From: an uncultured Gammaproteobacteria bacterium
GTDB lineage: Bacteria; Patescibacteriota; Microgenomatia; Levybacterales; GWA1-39-11
Reading direction: 5' to 3'
NCBI GenBank assembly: GCA_964472415.1
Contig: CAYYLC010000001.1
Span: 197,269-237,193, forward strand
Length of the DNA stretch: 39,925 nucleotides
The notes below the pieces were generated by a model. The model made no database searches and was not told the DNA's origin. It worked only from the letters and a program-made list of their open reading frames with translations. The translations under genes and the position numbers were made by a program. Positions 36,825 to 39,925 of this stretch are shown in pieces (positions within the stretch are counted from its first letter, which is position 1; the number at the start of each line of letters is the position of its first letter).

Positions 36825-37835
36825 ATGGAAAAAGTATTCGGGTTTGCGATCTTGTCTCTATTCATAACGGCGATTCTTATTGTTCCGTTTATTGACTTCC
36901 TGTATAAAATAAAGTTCCTGCGCCGTAAACAGAAAACGAAAAATCTTTTTAACGAACCAGCAAAAGTATTTGATAAGTTCAGTGAGAAAAAAATTGGCAC
37001 ACCGGTAGGCGGAGGATTATTAATTATTTTCGTTGTGACAATTCTTTCACTTTGGGCATTTGGATTATTTAGAGTGGAAGTGAGATTTTGGGAATTATTT
37101 GTCCTACTCTTTACATTTATTGGATTTGGACTTTTGGGACTATATGATGATTTTAAGAAAATGTTTGATGTTGGGGATAAGTCTAACGCATTTTTTGGAC
37201 TACGATTTCGAGCGAAATTTATAGTGCAGTGCATAATTGCATTGATTACAGGATTCGTGATGTATCATTTTGGATATGATTTTGTGTATATTCATTGGTT
37301 TGGAGAGGTGCATTTGGGAATGTTTTTCATTCTCTTTGCTGCATTCGTAATCGTTGCTTTTGTAAATGCGTTCAATATAACTGATGGGCTCGATGGTTTG
37401 TCGTCAGGAGTTTATCTGATCTGTCTTAGCGCATTTTTGGTTATCTCAAGTGCTCTTCTGGATACATTTTTGGCAATTTATATTGCAATCCTTATGGGTT
37501 CTGTTGGTGCGTTTCTTTACTTTAACGTTTTTCCTGCGCGCATTTGGCTTGGAGATGTGGGATCGTTGTCTCTTGGAGCGTCTCTTGCTGTCATTGGGCT
37601 TTTGACTGGAAAAACAGCAGCACTCGCGTTTATCGGCGGTGTATTTGTTCTCGAAGTTGCATCATCACTTATACAGATATTATCGAGGAAATTTTTGGGA
37701 CGAAAGATTTTACCAATTGCTCCTCTTCATTTATACTTTTTAAAGAAGGGTTGGGAGGAACCCAAGATTGTAATGCGCGCATGGCTTCTTGCGTTCGCTT
37801 TTGCCTTTTTGGGTTTATATCTTGCCTTTATATAG
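36825..37835 (+). CDS. mraY: Phospho-MurNAc-pentapeptide transferase MraY
   Basis: KKIGTPVGGG, LYDD, NAFNITDGLDGL, FNVFPARIWLGDVGSL, EVASSLIQ and APLH..KKGWEEPKIV; about 10 TM helices. Confidence 0.93.
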   Translation: MEKVFGFAILSLFITAILIVPFIDFLYKIKFLRRKQKTKNLFNEPAKVFDKFSEKKIGTPVGGGLLIIFVVTILSLWAFGLFRVEVRFWELFVLLFTFIGFGLLGLYDDFKKMFDVGDKSNAFFGLRFRAKFIVQCIIALITGFVMYHFGYDFVYIHWFGEVHLGMFFILFAAFVIVAFVNAFNITDGLDGLSSGVYLICLSAFLVISSALLDTFLAIYIAILMGSVGAFLYFNVFPARIWLGDVGSLSLGASLAVIGLLTGKTAALAFIGGVFVLEVASSLIQILSRKFLGRKILPIAPLHLYFLKKGWEEPKIVMRAWLLAFAFAFLGLYLAFI

Positions 37836-37844
37836 AAAGTATCA

Positions 37845-38921
37845 ATGAATAAATTATCTGCTCTTATATTTGTGCTTACCATTATTCTTTCGCTTATTGG
37901 ATTATTTATTCTTTATGAGAGCTCTTCGTATACAGCACTCCTTAATTTAAACGATAGGTTTTATTTTATAAAAAATCAGGCATTATATTTACCAATCGGG
38001 ATTGTGGGAGCACTTATTGTAAGTCGAATTCCAGTTAAGAAGCTATACGTATTTGCACTTCCGACATTGCTTATTACATTTATACTTCTTATAGCTGTTT
38101 TTCTTCCGGGAATTGGGTTGGAGTTGAAAGGTTCACGCCGATGGATAAATTTGGGATTTACTGTATTTCAGCCATCAGAACTTCTTAAAATTTCTTTGAC
38201 ATTATATCTTGCTGCCTGGCTTTCATCCAAGGAAAAGGGAAGACTTGTCGCATTTCTGATACTCCTCGGAGTTTTTGGCGGATTGGTAATTCTTCAACCA
38301 GATTTAGATACTGCGTTTATTGTTGCTATTACTGCTATTTCAGTCTATTTTTTATCAGGAGCACGAATAAAAGAGATGGTTTTTATGGGAGCTTTAATGG
38401 CGATTGGAGTTGCGCTTTTGATTGTAGTGGCTCCTTATAGACTTGAACGATTTTCATCATTTACACAGTTTTCTATAGAAAATCCTACTGATGAAACGTA
38501 TCATTTACGGCAAATAGTGCTTGGAGTTGGTGCAGGGGGGCTGTTTGGGGTAGGCCCTGGAAATTCTATCCAGAAATATGCATATTTACCGGAAAACACT
38601 ACTGATTCTATATTTGCGATTTATGCGGAGGAGACAGGATTTGTAGGATCAGTATTTTTAGTTGGACTTTATGTGTCGCATGTTTTATTAGGATTTTATA
38701 TTGCAATACGTTCGAAAGATATGTTTGGGACTCTTCTCGCATCAGGCATATCTATCTTTTTGTCAATCCAGGCCTTGATAAATCTATCATCACAGGCTAT
38801 CATTATGCCTCTGGCTGGAATTCCATTACCATTTATTTCATATGGGGGAAGTTCGTTGATCATTAATTTTTTAGCAATAGGACTTTTAATGAACGTAGCA
38901 AATCAGCTTAATAAAAAATGA
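37845..38921 (+). CDS. ftsW: SEDS peptidoglycan polymerase FtsW
   Basis: GSRRWINLG..FQPSELLK, QPDLDT, YLPENTTDSIFAIYAEETG and PLPFISYGGSS; located between mraY and murG. Confidence 0.93.
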   Translation: MNKLSALIFVLTIILSLIGLFILYESSSYTALLNLNDRFYFIKNQALYLPIGIVGALIVSRIPVKKLYVFALPTLLITFILLIAVFLPGIGLELKGSRRWINLGFTVFQPSELLKISLTLYLAAWLSSKEKGRLVAFLILLGVFGGLVILQPDLDTAFIVAITAISVYFLSGARIKEMVFMGALMAIGVALLIVVAPYRLERFSSFTQFSIENPTDETYHLRQIVLGVGAGGLFGVGPGNSIQKYAYLPENTTDSIFAIYAEETGFVGSVFLVGLYVSHVLLGFYIAIRSKDMFGTLLASGISIFLSIQALINLSSQAIIMPLAGIPLPFISYGGSSLIINFLAIGLLMNVANQLNKK

Positions 38922-39925
38922 AAGTAGTTATAACGGGAAGCCATTTTTCGCCTGCATATGCGGTGATAAAAAAAAGCGATTGGGAAGTGGTAGTTGTTGG
39001 AAGAAAGTATGCACTTCATAATTCAAAAAAACCATCATACGAATACAAAATCTGTGAGGAAAATAAAATTCCCTTTCAAGCAATAAAGGTCCCTCGATTT
39101 TCTCGAGTCTCACCATTTCGGTCAATCCTTTCTTCATTTAGTTTGATGAAGTCTATAAAGGTAGCAAGAAAAATTCTTAGAAAAACAAATCCTGATGTAG
39201 TCATCTCATTTGGAGGATATATTGCTTTGCCAGTAGTTATAGCGGCATATATTATGAAAAAACCTGTTATTATCCATGAGCAGACGCTTGGTGCAGGGTT
39301 TTCGAATAAAATTTCTGCACGATTTGCTAAAAGGGTTCTTATATCATTTAGCTTTTCGAGGAAACATTTTCCTAAGAAGAAAACATATCTTACTGGTAAT
39401 CCTATTCGGGAAGAAATCTTGAATAAAGAGGCCATAAAACCTGTTATAAAAACTGAAAAGAAAATAATTTATGTGACAGGAGGAAGTACTGGGTCTATGG
39501 CGATAAATGATTTACTGGGAAAAATTATTCCTTCACTTTCAGAATATTTTATTATTCATCAACATGGAATTTCAGATAAGAATACATTTCAGCATTTATC
39601 AAATTATCTTGCAAAACCTTATTTTTCTCCTACGGAAGTCGCATGGATTATGCAGAACGCTTCCCTCATCATTTCTCGGTCAGGAATAAATACAGTAACA
39701 GAAGCTCTTTATTTGGGGACTCCTGCAATTTTTATTCCGCTCCCGTATGGTCAGAAAAATGAACAACTTAAAAATGCGCGGTATGCTGAGAAGCATGGGA
39801 GAGCAAAATATTTTATTCAAGAAAAAGTTACGGGTCGTGAGATGATATCTGCTATCCGTGATATGATGAGAAAGGGACGCTTGAAGAAGATTGATCCAAA
39901 AATGAAGCGGCACGAGAATGCTGCC
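38918..39925 (+). CDS. murG: MurG lipid I GlcNAc transferase (partial, runs off the window end; absent from the ORF track)
   Basis: From ATG 38918: MKVVITGSHFSPAY..., VISFGGYIALPV, IHEQ, GNPIR, YVTGGSTGS, SRSGINTVTE and PLP..QKNEQLKNA. Confidence 0.95.
   Translation, partial: MKVVITGSHFSPAYAVIKKSDWEVVVVGRKYALHNSKKPSYEYKICEENKIPFQAIKVPRFSRVSPFRSILSSFSLMKSIKVARKILRKTNPDVVISFGGYIALPVVIAAYIMKKPVIIHEQTLGAGFSNKISARFAKRVLISFSFSRKHFPKKKTYLTGNPIREEILNKEAIKPVIKTEKKIIYVTGGSTGSMAINDLLGKIIPSLSEYFIIHQHGISDKNTFQHLSNYLAKPYFSPTEVAWIMQNASLIISRSGINTVTEALYLGTPAIFIPLPYGQKNEQLKNARYAEKHGRAKYFIQEKVTGREMISAIRDMMRKGRLKKIDPKMKRHENAA

Noticed and set aside
871-39913. Numerous 60-140 aa minus-strand and alternate-frame ORFs in the supplied track
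   Set aside because: All lie within well-supported + strand genes, lack recognisable motifs and look like shadow ORFs of AT-rich coding DNA.
1-39925. Alternative genetic code 25 (TGA = Gly) as in Gracilibacteria/Absconditabacteria
   Set aside because: TGA ends many full-length conserved genes (e.g. 4756, 10164, 11282, 25418) and there are no in-frame TGA interruptions.
1-39925. CRISPR arrays, IS elements/integrases, tRNA/rRNA or prophage genes
   Set aside because: No spaced repeats, transposase or integrase motifs, or cloverleaf-sized gaps were seen; the largest intergenic gap is under 100 bp. Covariance-model searches were not run.

Overview
All credible genes are on the + strand. The DNA is AT-rich and densely packed, and TGA serves as a stop codon. 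Gene content and protein style suggest a Patescibacteria/CPR genome, probably Microgenomates-like; this is inference, not a database result. Positions 1-25.4 kb form one large cell-surface glycosylation locus. It contains SAM/FkbM methyltransferases, GT2 and GT4 glycosyltransferases, a Wzx flippase, a TagD/TagF-like glycerol-phosphate module, an acyltransferase, four membrane GT-C-type domains (two fused in one 1080-aa protein), ManC, an initiating sugar-phosphate transferase and a DUF4012 protein. Next come recO, an alpha2-type glycyl-tRNA synthetase and an orphan membrane protein. From about 28 kb to the end is a rearranged dcw cluster: mraZ-rsmH-ftsL-ftsI-(XapX/DUF1427 small gene)-murE-murC-murA-split glmU-mraY-ftsW-murG (partial). 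The XapX gene and murG are missing from the supplied ORF track. Best leads: (1) tandem NrdR-box-like sites 32 bp apart abutting the mraZ promoter; (2) an O-antigen-ligase-like/TMTC-like double GT-C fusion in a putative protein/envelope glycosylation system; (3) DUF4012 as a possible LCP-like glycopolymer ligase; (4) a split, apparently chimeric GlmU; (5) repeated -10 boxes only 7-12 nt before start codons, suggesting near-leaderless mRNAs. No RNA genes, CRISPR arrays or mobile elements were recognised by eye.
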